Positions 1-10,324 of a stretch of 64,000 nt of DNA are shown one piece after another (position 1 is the first letter of the stretch; each line of letters opens with the position of its first letter). The translations under genes and the position numbers were made by a program. Origin of the DNA: an uncultured Solirubrobacterales bacterium (lineage in GTDB: Bacteria; Actinomycetota; Thermoleophilia; Solirubrobacterales; Solirubrobacteraceae); the NCBI GenBank assembly GCA_903821395.1, contig CAIJLJ010000099.1, positions 497 through 64,496 of the forward strand. The letters run 5' to 3'. Below the pieces are notes generated by a model. That model searched no databases. It was not told the DNA's origin and saw nothing but the letters and a program-made list of their open reading frames with translations.

Positions 1-2
1 GC

Positions 3-443
3 GTCGGTGGCTTGAGCATGGGCCAGAGCTACCGCGTCGTCGTCACGCATCGCTGGCTATCGAAGCGCGGCTCTGTGATGAGGACCGCCGTTATCGCCTC
101 GCCATCCTGCGATCAGGTTGATGCCCGTCCCGATCTGGCGCTCAGCTTCGTTGGCGCTCGCTCGCTCAGCGGAGGGAAGACGCGCTACTCAGTGCTCGTC
201 CGAAACGTCGGCATGACTGCAGCGAGTGGTTTCAGTGTCGGAATGCGCATTAACTCTCTGGAGCTTCCAACAGCACGCGTTGTGTCACTTGGCGCGCACA
301 AATCGACGCTCGTTACGTTCGTCGCCGCGAGCTGCACGGCCGGCTCGACGCTTAGGTTTGAAGCCGACTTTTCGAAAGAGGTTGACGAGCTAAACGAAGG
401 CAACAACGTGGTCGGGACAGCCTGTCCGACCATGGGCGGCTAG
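3..443 (+). CDS. C-terminal part of a probable secreted protein with a CARDB (Ig-like) domain; runs off the 5' edge
   Basis: Frame is open from the window edge; CARDB-like pattern PDL...VRNVG...AD...VDELNEGNN. Confidence 0.7.
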   Translation, partial: VGGLSMGQSYRVVVTHRWLSKRGSVMRTAVIASPSCDQVDARPDLALSFVGARSLSGGKTRYSVLVRNVGMTAASGFSVGMRINSLELPTARVVSLGAHKSTLVTFVAASCTAGSTLRFEADFSKEVDELNEGNNVVGTACPTMGG

Positions 444-455
444 ACTTCTGCCTCG

Positions 456-671
456 ATGAAAACTGATCTGCACCCAGAGTACGTTGAGTCGCAAGTTCGT
501 TGCACCTGTGGCAACGAGTTCGTGACGCGCTCAACCGAGTCCGAAATCGGCGTTGAGATCTGCTCCGAATGCCACCCGTTCTACACCGGCCGTCAGAAGC
601 TGGTTGATACCGGTGGACGCGTTGAGCGCTTCCGTCGTCGCGCCGCTAAGCGCTCCGGCGTCGGTTCCTGA
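456..671 (+). CDS. rpmE: 50S ribosomal protein L31 (zinc-binding type)
   Basis: MKTDLHPEY...CTCG...[22 protein letters not shown]. Confidence 0.97.
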   Translation: MKTDLHPEYVESQVRCTCGNEFVTRSTESEIGVEICSECHPFYTGRQKLVDTGGRVERFRRRAAKRSGVGS

Positions 672-682
672 CCGGGGCCACG

Positions 683-1711
683 GTGGCGACGGCGCAGACC
701 CCACCGGCTCCGGCGCTTGACGCTGAGCCAGCTGAGTGGGTAGCTACGCGTGACGCACCGATCGGTGGCCAGGCGGTCCTTGAAGGCGTGATGATGCGTG
801 GAGTTGGTGGCTGGGCCGTCGCGGTTAGGTCGCCGGCCCCCCACCAGATCGACGCAGAAGGCGAGCGGATCGATGCCAACGATCCTCCGACAGGTGAGAT
901 CAAAGTCGAAAGCACTCGCGTCAGCTCGGTCCTAGGTCGTCATCGCATTCTGCGCTTGCCGATCATTCGCGGCGTCGTGGCGCTAGGCGAGTCATTGCTG
1001 ATCGGCTTCCGCGCGCTCGGCATCTCAGCCAACGCACAGCTGCCGGAAGAAGAGGAGCCAATCTCGGGCTTCATGTGGGGGCTGACAATTCTGTTCTCGC
1101 TGGTGCTGGCAGTTGGGCTCTTCTTCATCGTGCCGGTCACGGCGACCAACCTGATCAAGGATCAGCTCCACTCGGCGTTCCTCTTCTGGCTCGTCGAAGG
1201 CCTTTTGCGGACGGCGATCTTCCTTGGCTACCTGATCCTGCTTTCGAAGCTGCGCGATCTACGCCGCACCTTTGAGTACCACGGCGCCGAGCACAAGACG
1301 ATCTCCTGCTACGAAGCCGGGCTTGAACTGACTCCTGAGAACGCCCAGCGCTTTTCACGCCTGCACCCGCGCTGCGGCACAAGCTTTCTGCTGATCGTGA
1401 TGATCGTCGCAATCTTTGTCTTCTCGCCGCTAGGAATGCTGCCTTGGTGGGCATTGATCGTGACGCGCATCGTGGGCATCCCGCTGATTGCGGGGATCTC
1501 ATTCGAGATCATCAAATTCGCCGGGCGCCACCGGACGCACAAGGCCGTCAGGGCATTGATCTGGCCAGGGCTGAAGCTGCAGCTCCTTACCACCAGAGAG
1601 CCGACCCTTGACCAGCTAGCCGTAGCGATCGTCTCGATCGAAGCAGTGCTCGCACTTGAGACTGGCGACGAAAGCAACGCCGACCTCGTCGGCGTTGAGA
1701 TCGCCGCTTAG
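683..1711 (+). CDS. DUF1385 family membrane protein
   Basis: IGGQAVLEGVMMR, YHGAEHK, HPRCGTSF, LTTREP motifs; usual position between rpmE and prfA. Confidence 0.92.
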   Translation: MATAQTPPAPALDAEPAEWVATRDAPIGGQAVLEGVMMRGVGGWAVAVRSPAPHQIDAEGERIDANDPPTGEIKVESTRVSSVLGRHRILRLPIIRGVVALGESLLIGFRALGISANAQLPEEEEPISGFMWGLTILFSLVLAVGLFFIVPVTATNLIKDQLHSAFLFWLVEGLLRTAIFLGYLILLSKLRDLRRTFEYHGAEHKTISCYEAGLELTPENAQRFSRLHPRCGTSFLLIVMIVAIFVFSPLGMLPWWALIVTRIVGIPLIAGISFEIIKFAGRHRTHKAVRALIWPGLKLQLLTTREPTLDQLAVAIVSIEAVLALETGDESNADLVGVEIAA

Positions 1712-1772
1712 CAGCCTCGATTGCGAAGCCGCAGGCTTGCCGCGCCCGCCGCGGCTAGCCTAGGCACGGCCG

Positions 1773-2825
1773 ATGATTGAGTCACTTGTTACCCAGATCG
1801 AAGCGCGCTTCGCCGAACTCTCTCGGGAAATCACCGACCCTGAGGTGATCGCCGACCGCGAACGCTATGCCCAAGTCGGCCGCGAATACAGCCGCCTTGA
1901 GCAGCCAGCCAAGCTGGCCGAGGCATGGCGCCGCGCAACCGACGATGCCGCAGGGGCGCAGGAGCTGATTGCCGAAGGCGGCGACGATGCTGAGGCCCAT
2001 GAGATGCTCACTCAGGCTCGCGAGCAGATCGAGCAGATTGAAGAAGAGCTGCGCCTCGCGATGGTCGAGACCGACCCTAACGACGGCAAGAACGTGATCA
2101 TCGAGATCCAGGGAGGCGCGGGAGGCGACGAGGCCGGGCTTTGGGCCGGCGACTGCTACCGGATGCTCGCCCGCTACGCAGAGCGGCTCGGGTTCAGTGT
2201 CGAGCCGCTCGAACTTAGTGAGGGCAAGTACACCTTCGCCGTGAAAGGCACCGGCGCCTACTCCGTCTTCAAGTTCGAAGGCGGCACGCACCGCGTTCAG
2301 CGCGTGCCGGAGACTGAATCGCAAGGTCGGATCCACACCAGCACTTCGACCGTTGCTGTGCTGCCGGAGGCCGAGGAGGTGGACATTCAGATCGATCAGA
2401 ACGACCTTCAGGTTGACGTCTACCGCTCATCAGGTCCAGGCGGTCAGTCGGTCAACACCACTGATTCCGCGGTTCGCATCACCCACAAGCCGACCGGGGT
2501 AGTGGTTTCGATGCAGGACGAGAAGAGCCAGCTTCAAAACCGTGAGAAGGCGCTCCGCGTCCTTCGTGCGCGGCTCTATGAGCGCGCAATGGCTGAGCAG
2601 AACGCGGAGATCGCTGCCGACCGCCGCTCGCAGGTTGGCAGCGGTGAGCGCTCCGAGAAGATTCGCACCTACAACTTCCCTGATCGCCGCGTTACAGACC
2701 ACCGCGTCAAGGTTACGGTTCACGATCTTGACGCCGTGTTAGAAGGGCAGTTGGACGAGTTGACGGCGGCCCTGCAGGCAGATGAGAAGAGCCGTCTGCT
2801 CGAAGCGCAGGCCACGCAGACCTGA
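1773..2825 (+). CDS. prfA: Peptide chain release factor 1
   Basis: HRVQRVPETE (PxT), GGQ motif, RSEKIRTYN. Confidence 0.97.
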   Translation: MIESLVTQIEARFAELSREITDPEVIADRERYAQVGREYSRLEQPAKLAEAWRRATDDAAGAQELIAEGGDDAEAHEMLTQAREQIEQIEEELRLAMVETDPNDGKNVIIEIQGGAGGDEAGLWAGDCYRMLARYAERLGFSVEPLELSEGKYTFAVKGTGAYSVFKFEGGTHRVQRVPETESQGRIHTSTSTVAVLPEAEEVDIQIDQNDLQVDVYRSSGPGGQSVNTTDSAVRITHKPTGVVVSMQDEKSQLQNREKALRVLRARLYERAMAEQNAEIAADRRSQVGSGERSEKIRTYNFPDRRVTDHRVKVTVHDLDAVLEGQLDELTAALQADEKSRLLEAQATQT

Positions 2826-3655
2826 TGCGAGGGGTTACCGTCGCCGATGCCCTCGACGGCGCTCGCACGGCGATCGCAGCGTCAGGCAGCGACTCGGCCG
2901 CGCTCGACGCTGAGCTATTGCTGGCTCATGCGCTCGGAGTAAACCGCGCCGCACTGATCATCGACCCGGAGCGCGAGGTCTTGGGCCCGCCTGTGCGCGT
3001 ATTTCAAGACTTGGTTCGCCGCCGATCTGTCGGCCGCGAGCCGGTCGCCTACCTCCTCGCCCGAAAGGGCTTCCGCTCGATCGACCTGAGCGTAGATTCG
3101 CGCGTGCTGATTCCTAGGCCCGAGACCGAACTGCTGGTCGAGCTCGCGCTCGAGCTGCCAGCGCGCTCGCGCGTGCTCGATGTTGGCAGCGGCAGTGGCG
3201 CGATTGCGCTGGCGCTCAAGCACGAGCGCCCGGACTTGTCGGTCACCGGAGCAGACATCAGTACAGAGGCGCTCGAGGTGGCCCGTACCAATGCAGAGCG
3301 GCTCCAATTAGAGGTTGAGTTTCTGGAGGCCGATCTGCTGACCGGGCTGGGAGGGGGATGGGACGCAATTCTCTCGAACCCTCCTTACATCGCCGAGGTC
3401 GAGCGGCAGAACTTGCCGCCCGACGTGATCGGCCACGAGCCGGAGCTAGCGCTGATGGCGGGCGCCGACGGCCTCGACGTAATCCGCCCGCTGGTTGCCT
3501 CGGCTGGGCAGAGCGAGGCGCGCTTCTTGGCGATCGAATTAGGAGCTGGCCAGGCAGGCACCGTAGCTGAGCTCGTTGCGGCGGCCGGATTCACAGGCGT
3601 CGACGTTCATGCCGACCTAGCTGGAATTGAGCGCGTAGTCTTAGGCCAGAGATGA
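2825..3655 (+). CDS. prmC: Release factor glutamine methyltransferase
   Basis: LIPRPETE, DVGSGSG, SNPPY; TGATG overlap with prfA. Confidence 0.95.
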   Translation: MRGVTVADALDGARTAIAASGSDSAALDAELLLAHALGVNRAALIIDPEREVLGPPVRVFQDLVRRRSVGREPVAYLLARKGFRSIDLSVDSRVLIPRPETELLVELALELPARSRVLDVGSGSGAIALALKHERPDLSVTGADISTEALEVARTNAERLQLEVEFLEADLLTGLGGGWDAILSNPPYIAEVERQNLPPDVIGHEPELALMAGADGLDVIRPLVASAGQSEARFLAIELGAGQAGTVAELVAAAGFTGVDVHADLAGIERVVLGQR

Positions 3656-4278
3656 GCGAGCCACCATTGACGCCTGAGCAGGCGGATGTGTTCTCCCGCT
3701 GCATGGCGGTCGGCGGTGTTGCCGTGTTCCCCTCAGACACGGTCTACGGCCTTGCATGCGATCCGGGGCAACGTGAAGCAGTACTGAGGCTTTACGGCCT
3801 GAAGCGGCGCTCGTTGGACGCTCCATCAGCGGTGATGTTCTTCTCGCTTGAGCTGGCTTTAGAAGCGTTGCCTGAGCTCGGTCCGAAGACGCGTGCGGCG
3901 TTGGAGCTGCTGCTGCCGGGGCCATTGACTTTGCTGCTCAGCAATCCGGCTGGCCGTTTTCCGCTGGCCTGCGGTTCTGACCCGGCGACTCTCGGGCTGC
4001 GCGTCCCGAAGCTCGATCGCCAGCTCGCTGCGCTGAGCGAGTTCAAGTGGCCGATCCTTCAGAGCAGCGCCAACCACGCCACCGAGCCGGCTCCCAACTC
4101 ACTCGCCGAGCTCGAGCCCACGATCCGTGATGAAGTTGACTTAGTGCTCGACGCAGGGCCGCTCGGAGGTCAAGCTTCAAGCGTCCTCGACCTGCGCAGC
4201 TACGAGCTCGACGGCAGCTGGCAGCTGCTGCGAGAAGGGCCACTTGGTCACGAGCAAATCAAGGCCTTACTCGGCTAA
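3652..4278 (+). CDS. tsaC: L-threonylcarbamoyladenylate synthase (TsaC/YrdC/Sua5 family)
   Basis: FPSDTVYGL, PGPLT, GLRVP, SSAN. Confidence 0.88.
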   Translation: MSEPPLTPEQADVFSRCMAVGGVAVFPSDTVYGLACDPGQREAVLRLYGLKRRSLDAPSAVMFFSLELALEALPELGPKTRAALELLLPGPLTLLLSNPAGRFPLACGSDPATLGLRVPKLDRQLAALSEFKWPILQSSANHATEPAPNSLAELEPTIRDEVDLVLDAGPLGGQASSVLDLRSYELDGSWQLLREGPLGHEQIKALLG

Positions 4279-4329
4279 AGCAGCTCTCGAACCGCAGTCG
4301 TTGCGCGCGACGATTAGAATTGCCCCACT

Positions 4330-5619
4330 ATGGCTCAATTCGCCCCCGATTTCCTAAACCGTCCACTATCTGAAGTTGACCCTCAGATCGCCACCGTCCT
4401 AGCGCAGGAGGTTGGTCGTCAGCAGCAAACGCTTGAGATGATTGCCTCCGAAAACTTCGTTCCCGAGGCAATCCTTGAGTGCCAGGGGAGCGTGCTTACA
4501 AATAAGTACGCCGAGGGGTACCCCGGCAAGCGCTACTACGGCGGCTGCGAGTTTGTTGACGTCGCCGAGCAGCTTGCAATTGACCGCGCGAAAGCGCTCT
4601 TCGGGGCCGACCATGCAAACGTGCAGCCACATTCGGGCGCTTCGGCCAACGCTGCGGTCTACCACGCACTGCTAAAGCCGGGCGACACGCTGATGGGGCT
4701 CTCGCTTGCGCACGGTGGTCACCTGAGCCACGGAATGAAGATCAACATGTCGGGGCGGCTCTATGACATAGCCGCCTACGAGGTTAGTCCTGAGGACTAT
4801 CTGATCGACATGGACGCAGTCGCCGAGCTTGCTCGTGAGCGCCAGCCAAAGATGATCATTGCCGGCTGGTCGGCATATCCACGCTATCTGGATTTTGAGC
4901 GGTTCCGGGAGATTGCCGACGAGGTCGGTGCGCTGCTGCTCGTTGACATGGCGCACTTTGCTGGCCTCGTGGCCGGTGGCGTCCATCCAAGCCCGGTGCC
5001 GTACGCCGACGTCGTCACGACGACGGTTCACAAGACGCTCGGCGGCTCGCGCGGGGGAATGATCCTCTGCCGCGAGGAGCACGCTAAAGCGATCGACTCC
5101 GGCGTCTTCCCCGGGCAGCAGGGTGGGCCGTTGATGCACATCATCGCCGGCAAGGCCGTTGCGCTCGGGATCGCTCAGACGGAGGAGTTCCGCGAGCGCC
5201 AAGTTCGGACTGTTGAGGGCGCCCGGGCGGTTGCCGATGCGATCCTTGAATCGGCTGCGGCCGCTGAGGGCGTCACGGTGCTCACCGGCGGAACCGATGT
5301 GCACCTAGTTCTGGTTGATCTGCGTGATTCCAAGATCGACGGCCAGCAGGCGGAGGATCGACTCGATGAGATCGGCATCACCGTCAATCGCAACGCGGTC
5401 CCATTTGACCCGCGCCCGCCGATGGTCACCAGCGGACTGCGGATCGGAGCCAGCGCACTCGCCACTCGCGGGCTTCAGGTTGAGGACTTCAGCGAGATCG
5501 GCCAAGTGATCTCGATTGCCTTAACCGACGAATTTGAAAGCCGCCGCCCTGAGTTGGCCGAGCGCGTGACCGTGCTCGCCGACCGCTACCCGCTCTACGA
5601 GCACCTAACTCCTGCCTAA
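4330..5619 (+). CDS. glyA: Serine hydroxymethyltransferase
   Basis: [29 protein letters not shown] (PLP Lys). Confidence 0.98.
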   Translation: MAQFAPDFLNRPLSEVDPQIATVLAQEVGRQQQTLEMIASENFVPEAILECQGSVLTNKYAEGYPGKRYYGGCEFVDVAEQLAIDRAKALFGADHANVQPHSGASANAAVYHALLKPGDTLMGLSLAHGGHLSHGMKINMSGRLYDIAAYEVSPEDYLIDMDAVAELARERQPKMIIAGWSAYPRYLDFERFREIADEVGALLLVDMAHFAGLVAGGVHPSPVPYADVVTTTVHKTLGGSRGGMILCREEHAKAIDSGVFPGQQGGPLMHIIAGKAVALGIAQTEEFRERQVRTVEGARAVADAILESAAAAEGVTVLTGGTDVHLVLVDLRDSKIDGQQAEDRLDEIGITVNRNAVPFDPRPPMVTSGLRIGASALATRGLQVEDFSEIGQVISIALTDEFESRRPELAERVTVLADRYPLYEHLTPA

Positions 5620-5664
5620 TCGAGCTGCGCGCCGAGTAGCAAAGCGCTTTAGGCTTGGCCACTA

Positions 5665-6858
5665 ATGACCGAGCGCGACGCGATCCTTGGCTTCGTCGTT
5701 GCCTTTTTTGTCGCCGTCGCGCTGACACCTCTGACCGCGAGGCTTGGGCGCCGAGTCGGCGCCGTTGATCAGCCGCGCGAGCGCGGCCTCTCCGAGAACC
5801 CAACGCCGCTCCTTGGCGGACTCGCGATCCTCGCCGCGGTGTTGGTGGCAAGCCTGATCTTTCTCGATCCGTGGGCGGGCCCCGATGAGAAGATCCGCGG
5901 CATTCTTGCCGGCGCGATCGTCATCACGCTGGTCGGGGCACTGGACGACCGCTTCGATCTGCCTCCGGTCATCAAGTTCATCGGTCAGATCATCGCCGCG
6001 ACGATCCCGGTTCTTGCGGGCATTGAAGTCGCAAACATCACCTTGCCGTTTGTCGGCGCCGTCGACTTAGGCGCAGCGGGAGCGCCCCTGACCGTGCTTG
6101 GCATCGTCTTTGTGATCAACGTCGTCAATTTCTCCGACGGTGTCGATGGTCTCGCGGCAGGGGTTTGCGCGATCAGCGCCGTCGCCTTCTCGATCATCGC
6201 CTTCGATCTCGGGCGCGGCTCGGCAGCGGTGCTGGCCGCAATCGTCGCCGGCTCGGCTGCCGGTTTCCTTGTCTTCAACTTCCATCCGGCAAAGGTCTTC
6301 ATGGGTGACGCGGGCTCCAACCTGCTGGGGCTGCTGCTCGGCTGTGTTGCCGTCGAGGGGGCGGTTAAGACCCAAGTCGTGCTAGCGCTCGTCTTTCCAC
6401 TGCTTGTGCTTGCGGTGCCGTTCCTCGACACAACATTCGTTGTGCTCAAGCGCCTCAAGTATGGGCGGCCGGTCTACGTTGCCGACCAGAGCCACTTTCA
6501 CCATCGCATGAATCGGATCGGCTTCAGCCAGCGCAAGACCGTGCTCTACCTCTATGCCTGGACGATCCTGATTGCGGGCTTCGCCGTCGCTCTCCGATTC
6601 GTTCCGTACTCAAACCATTCTGGCGAGCTGCACATTGGCTGGGCGCTGGTGATGTTTGCTGCTGGGTTGGTGGTGCTGGCGGCAAGCGTCTATCTCATCT
6701 ACGTCCTCGAGATCCTCAAGTTTCGCCGTTTGCGTGAGCGTCGTCTCCGCGGAGTCGACCCGCAACTCTCTGAAGATGAGCTGGCTCGCGACGTTGTGAC
6801 GAAACTCGAGACCGGCCAGTTCGACGTCGTTGACTTGGATCAGGGCGACTCGAGTTAG
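5665..6858 (+). CDS. Polyprenyl-phosphate HexNAc-1-phosphate transferase (WecA/TagO, MraY-like family)
   Basis: GALDD, NFSDGVDGL, FNFHPAKVFMGDAGS, HFHHR; multiple TM segments. Confidence 0.92.
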   Translation: MTERDAILGFVVAFFVAVALTPLTARLGRRVGAVDQPRERGLSENPTPLLGGLAILAAVLVASLIFLDPWAGPDEKIRGILAGAIVITLVGALDDRFDLPPVIKFIGQIIAATIPVLAGIEVANITLPFVGAVDLGAAGAPLTVLGIVFVINVVNFSDGVDGLAAGVCAISAVAFSIIAFDLGRGSAAVLAAIVAGSAAGFLVFNFHPAKVFMGDAGSNLLGLLLGCVAVEGAVKTQVVLALVFPLLVLAVPFLDTTFVVLKRLKYGRPVYVADQSHFHHRMNRIGFSQRKTVLYLYAWTILIAGFAVALRFVPYSNHSGELHIGWALVMFAAGLVVLAASVYLIYVLEILKFRRLRERRLRGVDPQLSEDELARDVVTKLETGQFDVVDLDQGDSS

Positions 6859-7472
6859 CTCGAGCCGTAGATCGCCCGAACCCAAATCTCTACGAGCGCG
6901 GTTATCAGTTCGTCGTCGGCGCGCCCGCCTTGTTGGAGGATTCGCTGGTTGAATACGCCTTCTGCCATCCACGTGAGCGCAAACGCTGTCGCCGCTGGGC
7001 TCGCGCAGGTTGCCCTCCCGTCGGCCTGCTCATCAGTTATTCGCTGCTCTGTTGCCTCAACAAACTCACCGATTAGTCGCTGCCAATGCTCGGCGACCTG
7101 CTCGTCATAGGCGGCGACCTCGCCGAGGGCCTTAAGTAGGACGGCGTGCTCGCCAAATAGCTCAGCGACGCCCTTGAGTGCGCGTTCCAAGCGGATTGCC
7201 GGCTCACCATCGCCCGACCACCAGATCAGGGCTTGCTCAAGGAGGAGCTGATTGACGTCGGCCGTCAATGCCATCAGCAATTCGGTCTTGTCGGCGAAGT
7301 AGAAGTAGAACGCGGTCCGTGTGATTCCGGCCTGCTTGGCGATCCGTTCGACGCCGAGGTCGGCGAACGAGGCTCCTTCAGCGAGTAGCGTTTCGGTCGC
7401 TTCGAGTAGCGCGGCCTCGACGGCGGCCCGCTTTGCGGTCGGCGCGGTGCTTTTTCTCAGTGGTACGACCAT
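6855..7472 (-). CDS. TetR/AcrR family regulator (EthR-like)
   Basis: HTH VERIAKQAGITRTAFYFYFADK; EthR-like C-terminus ending IWVRAIY. Confidence 0.9.
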   Translation of the reverse strand: MVVPLRKSTAPTAKRAAVEAALLEATETLLAEGASFADLGVERIAKQAGITRTAFYFYFADKTELLMALTADVNQLLLEQALIWWSGDGEPAIRLERALKGVAELFGEHAVLLKALGEVAAYDEQVAEHWQRLIGEFVEATEQRITDEQADGRATCASPAATAFALTWMAEGVFNQRILQQGGRADDELITALVEIWVRAIYGSS

Positions 7473-7574
7473 CCCGGCGAGGCTACCAGCGAATCGGCCT
7501 GAATTCCTTGCTCGTGACGGCTCTTAGGTCGGCACTAGCGGCGGCCGTCCTACCCGCCCCTTACGGTTCTGCCG

Positions 7575-8378
7575 ATGGCAAATGACCACGGCCCTGAAAT
7601 GTGGCGTGAGGGCCGTGGCGCCGCCGAAGCGTTCGCGCTGTTGCGCAGCTCACTTTGGCGTGGCCAAGGAGTGGCGCACGGCAATGGCCAGCCGGTGATG
7701 TTGATCCCAGGCTTTCTGGCCGGCGACCGTTCGCTCGCGTTGATGGGGCAGTGGCTGCGGCGGATCGGTTACCGCACACATGGATCAGGGATCACCGCTC
7801 ACGTTGGCTGCTCGGAAGAGACGGTCAGCCAGATTGAGCAGCGGGTGATCGCACTTAGCGAGCGGTACGGCCAGCCGGTTGCGCTGATCGGTCAAAGTCG
7901 CGGCGGGAGCTGCGCGCGCGTGCTTGCCGTGCGTCAGCCTGATCGCATCAACCGCGTGATCGGGCTCGGGTCGCCATTGGTTGCGCAGATGGAGGACTTC
8001 CACGTGCTGCTGCGGCTCCAGATCCGCGCGCTGCAGGGAGCTCAGCGCCTCGGCGCGCCCGGCTTGATCGGCGAAGCCTGCGAACGGAGCTGGCAGGCGT
8101 ACAGCTTCGGTCTTGAGCCGACCGGGTGCTGCAGCCAGTTCTGGAGCGACCTCGATGAGGACATGCCCAAGCGCACACTCTTTGCCTCGATTTATTCGCG
8201 CAGCGATGGGGTACTCAACTGGCGCGCGTGTCTCGACCCGCAGGCGCTCCACGTTGAGGTCAACAGCTCGCACTGCGGGATGGCGGTTAACCGCGAGGTC
8301 TATCGGCAGATTGGCGATCTGCTCGCCGTTGAACTGGCTGGCGGTGCGCGCCAGCGACTGCGCGCTGTCGCGGCCTGA
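7575..8378 (+). CDS. Alpha/beta hydrolase (lipase/esterase-like)
   Basis: LIPGF oxyanion motif, GQSRG nucleophile elbow, YSRSDG, SHCGM. Confidence 0.85.
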   Translation: MANDHGPEMWREGRGAAEAFALLRSSLWRGQGVAHGNGQPVMLIPGFLAGDRSLALMGQWLRRIGYRTHGSGITAHVGCSEETVSQIEQRVIALSERYGQPVALIGQSRGGSCARVLAVRQPDRINRVIGLGSPLVAQMEDFHVLLRLQIRALQGAQRLGAPGLIGEACERSWQAYSFGLEPTGCCSQFWSDLDEDMPKRTLFASIYSRSDGVLNWRACLDPQALHVEVNSSHCGMAVNREVYRQIGDLLAVELAGGARQRLRAVAA

Positions 8379-8500
8379 TCCCCCGATTAAGCCGATAGTG
8401 GCAGGCGTTACGAAGTGCTACGGGCAGGCGGCAGTGCCGCGCGATGCGATACGCTCGGCCCACTTGCGGCGAGTCACCCTCCCGGCAAGAACTCGCCAAA

Positions 8501-8737
8501 ATGCCCCTCACCGCCACGACCTACCTAGCCTCCGCCATCAGCGAGCAACCATCAAAGCCCACGATGCGCGCCGCCAACGCTGGCTTCATGCTGCTCGTTG
8601 TGATCTGCCTCTGCGCACTTGCCGGTTATGCGCTCGGCTCGTTGGTCGGACTACCAATCGCGATCGGTCTGGCGGGTCTAATCATCGGCCCGATAGTTGG
8701 AATCGCCTTCGTTCGCTCGCGCTTTCGTGACCTCTAA
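8501..8737 (+). CDS. Small membrane protein, AtpZ/AtpQ-like ATP synthase accessory factor (start uncertain, 8501 or 8564)
   Basis: Two hydrophobic Gly-rich helices; first gene ahead of the atp operon. Confidence 0.6.
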   Translation: MPLTATTYLASAISEQPSKPTMRAANAGFMLLVVICLCALAGYALGSLVGLPIAIGLAGLIIGPIVGIAFVRSRFRDL

Positions 8738-8741
8738 GTAG

Positions 8742-9110
8742 ATGCCTTACCTGCGACACGCCGATCTGATCCTGCTTGCAGTCGCGCTGCCGGTCTTCCT
8801 GCTCGCTGGCTGGCCGATGCTCGGCTACCTCGGCGGAGCATTTGCTTGGTGCGCGCAGCGCGCGGTTCAAGCTTGGACCAACAAGAAGGCGTTGGAGTCA
8901 GACAACCCTGCTCGAGTTGCCGGCATCGTTACCGGGTCGATGATCGGCCGGGGCTGGCTGGTCGCACTCTCGATCTTCGGCGTTGGAATGATCGAGAACG
9001 ACGCTGGGCTCGCCGCTGGCGTGCTCTTCGTCATCGTCTTCACCCTCTACTTCACGATCTCGATCGCAACGCGGCCGTTCGATCAACCGAAGACAGGCTC
9101 AGCGGCATGA
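8742..9110 (+). CDS. atpI: ATP synthase protein I-like 4-TM protein
   Basis: Four hydrophobic segments, directly before atpB with ATGA overlap. Confidence 0.65.
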   Translation: MPYLRHADLILLAVALPVFLLAGWPMLGYLGGAFAWCAQRAVQAWTNKKALESDNPARVAGIVTGSMIGRGWLVALSIFGVGMIENDAGLAAGVLFVIVFTLYFTISIATRPFDQPKTGSAA

Positions 9111-10012
9111 TCAAGACGCGCCTCTTCGTTGCCGCCACGACCTTGGCCGCTGTGCTCGCCTCGCCGGCCGGCGCCTTCGCGCTGAACGTCAACGAGAGCT
9201 ACCACCCGCAGGACGAGTTTGAGCTCGTGCCGTGGGTCAACATCGAAATCTTTGGCATCGACATGTCGATCAACAAGGCCGTGATGTACGTCATCATCGC
9301 TGCCACCCTCTCCTGCGTGACGCTGATCTACGTCGGCCACCGGATGAAGATGAAGCCGGGGCGCATTCAGGCCGCAGTTGAGATGTATTACGGACTTATC
9401 GAGAGCATCACTAAGGGCAACCTCAGCGGGAAAATGATCAATCGCTGGTTCCCGTTCCTGGCCACGATCTTCCTCTTCATCTGGTACTCGAACATGATCG
9501 GCTACATCCCGCTGCCGACGAACACGCTCGAGCCATTCACGATCTTCGGCCTCGAGATTCCGTCGCTTGCCCTCTACGCGGCGACAGCCAACATCTCGGT
9601 TCCGCTCGTCCTAACGCTCGTAGTGGTAATCAGCTACCACTTCGAGGGCATTCGAGCAAAAGGCCCAATCAAGTACCTGAAGGGCTGGGTACCTGCTGGA
9701 GTTACCGGCCCAGCGGCGGTCCCGATCTTCTTCATCGAAGTGATCTCGCAGTTCGTGCGGATCGTTTCGCTCTCAGTCCGTCTTTTCGCCAACATCCTCG
9801 CCGGCCACCTCTTGATCCTGTTTATGGGCGGCGGCCTAGTGGTGCTGCTCAACTTGGCGCTCATAGGGTCACTGATTCTTGGTCTCGTGACCGGTACGCT
9901 GGCCGTAGCCTTCTTCATCTTTGAGGTTGGCCTTGTGGCAACACTTCAAGCCTTTATCTTCACCATCCTGGCAGCGATCTACCTCGGCGGCGCCGTCGCC
10001 GAAGAACACTAA
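9107..10012 (+). CDS. atpB: F0 ATP synthase subunit a (start moved to ATG 9107)
   Basis: PGRIQ, ATAN, RIVSLSVRLFANILAGH, LQAFIFTIL. Confidence 0.95.
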   Translation: MIKTRLFVAATTLAAVLASPAGAFALNVNESYHPQDEFELVPWVNIEIFGIDMSINKAVMYVIIAATLSCVTLIYVGHRMKMKPGRIQAAVEMYYGLIESITKGNLSGKMINRWFPFLATIFLFIWYSNMIGYIPLPTNTLEPFTIFGLEIPSLALYAATANISVPLVLTLVVVISYHFEGIRAKGPIKYLKGWVPAGVTGPAAVPIFFIEVISQFVRIVSLSVRLFANILAGHLLILFMGGGLVVLLNLALIGSLILGLVTGTLAVAFFIFEVGLVATLQAFIFTILAAIYLGGAVAEEH

Positions 10013-10026
10013 GGAGCAAGAACACA

Positions 10027-10320
10027 GTGGACCTCCACCTGATAAGCCAATTTGCCCAGTCGGGCGTCACGACAGAAGTGGCGCAGAACTATGGACGTCT
10101 GGGCATGAAAGCGATCGCCCTTGGCATCGGCGCCGGTCTCGGCACGATTGGCCCTGGCATCGGCGTCGGATTCATCTTCGGCAAGGTGATCGAATCGGTC
10201 ACCCGTCAGCCTGAGATGAAGGATGAGATCACCTCGATTCAGTGGCTTGGTTTCGCGCTGACAGAGGCGATCGTCTTCTACGCCTTTATCTTCGGCCTCA
10301 TCGCCTTCTTCCTCGGATAA
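10027..10320 (+). CDS. atpE: F0 ATP synthase subunit c
   Basis: GxGxG, RQPE, ALTEA; AAGGAG Shine-Dalgarno upstream. Confidence 0.95.
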   Translation: MDLHLISQFAQSGVTTEVAQNYGRLGMKAIALGIGAGLGTIGPGIGVGFIFGKVIESVTRQPEMKDEITSIQWLGFALTEAIVFYAFIFGLIAFFLG

Positions 10321-10324
10321 GGCG

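Noticed and set aside
4279..4329. Riboswitch upstream of glyA or ahcY
   Set aside because: Both intergenic regions are about 50 nt, too short. Only a short GC-rich imperfect palindrome and a TAGAAT -10 precede glyA.
8846..9106. 388-aa version of atpB
   Set aside because: The extension overlaps the atpI-like gene out of frame; ATG 9107 gives a normal coupled start.
10027..10320. Possible Na+-coupled ATP synthase
   Set aside because: Subunit c has E-A and lacks the Q...E-S/T sodium signature, consistent with H+ coupling.
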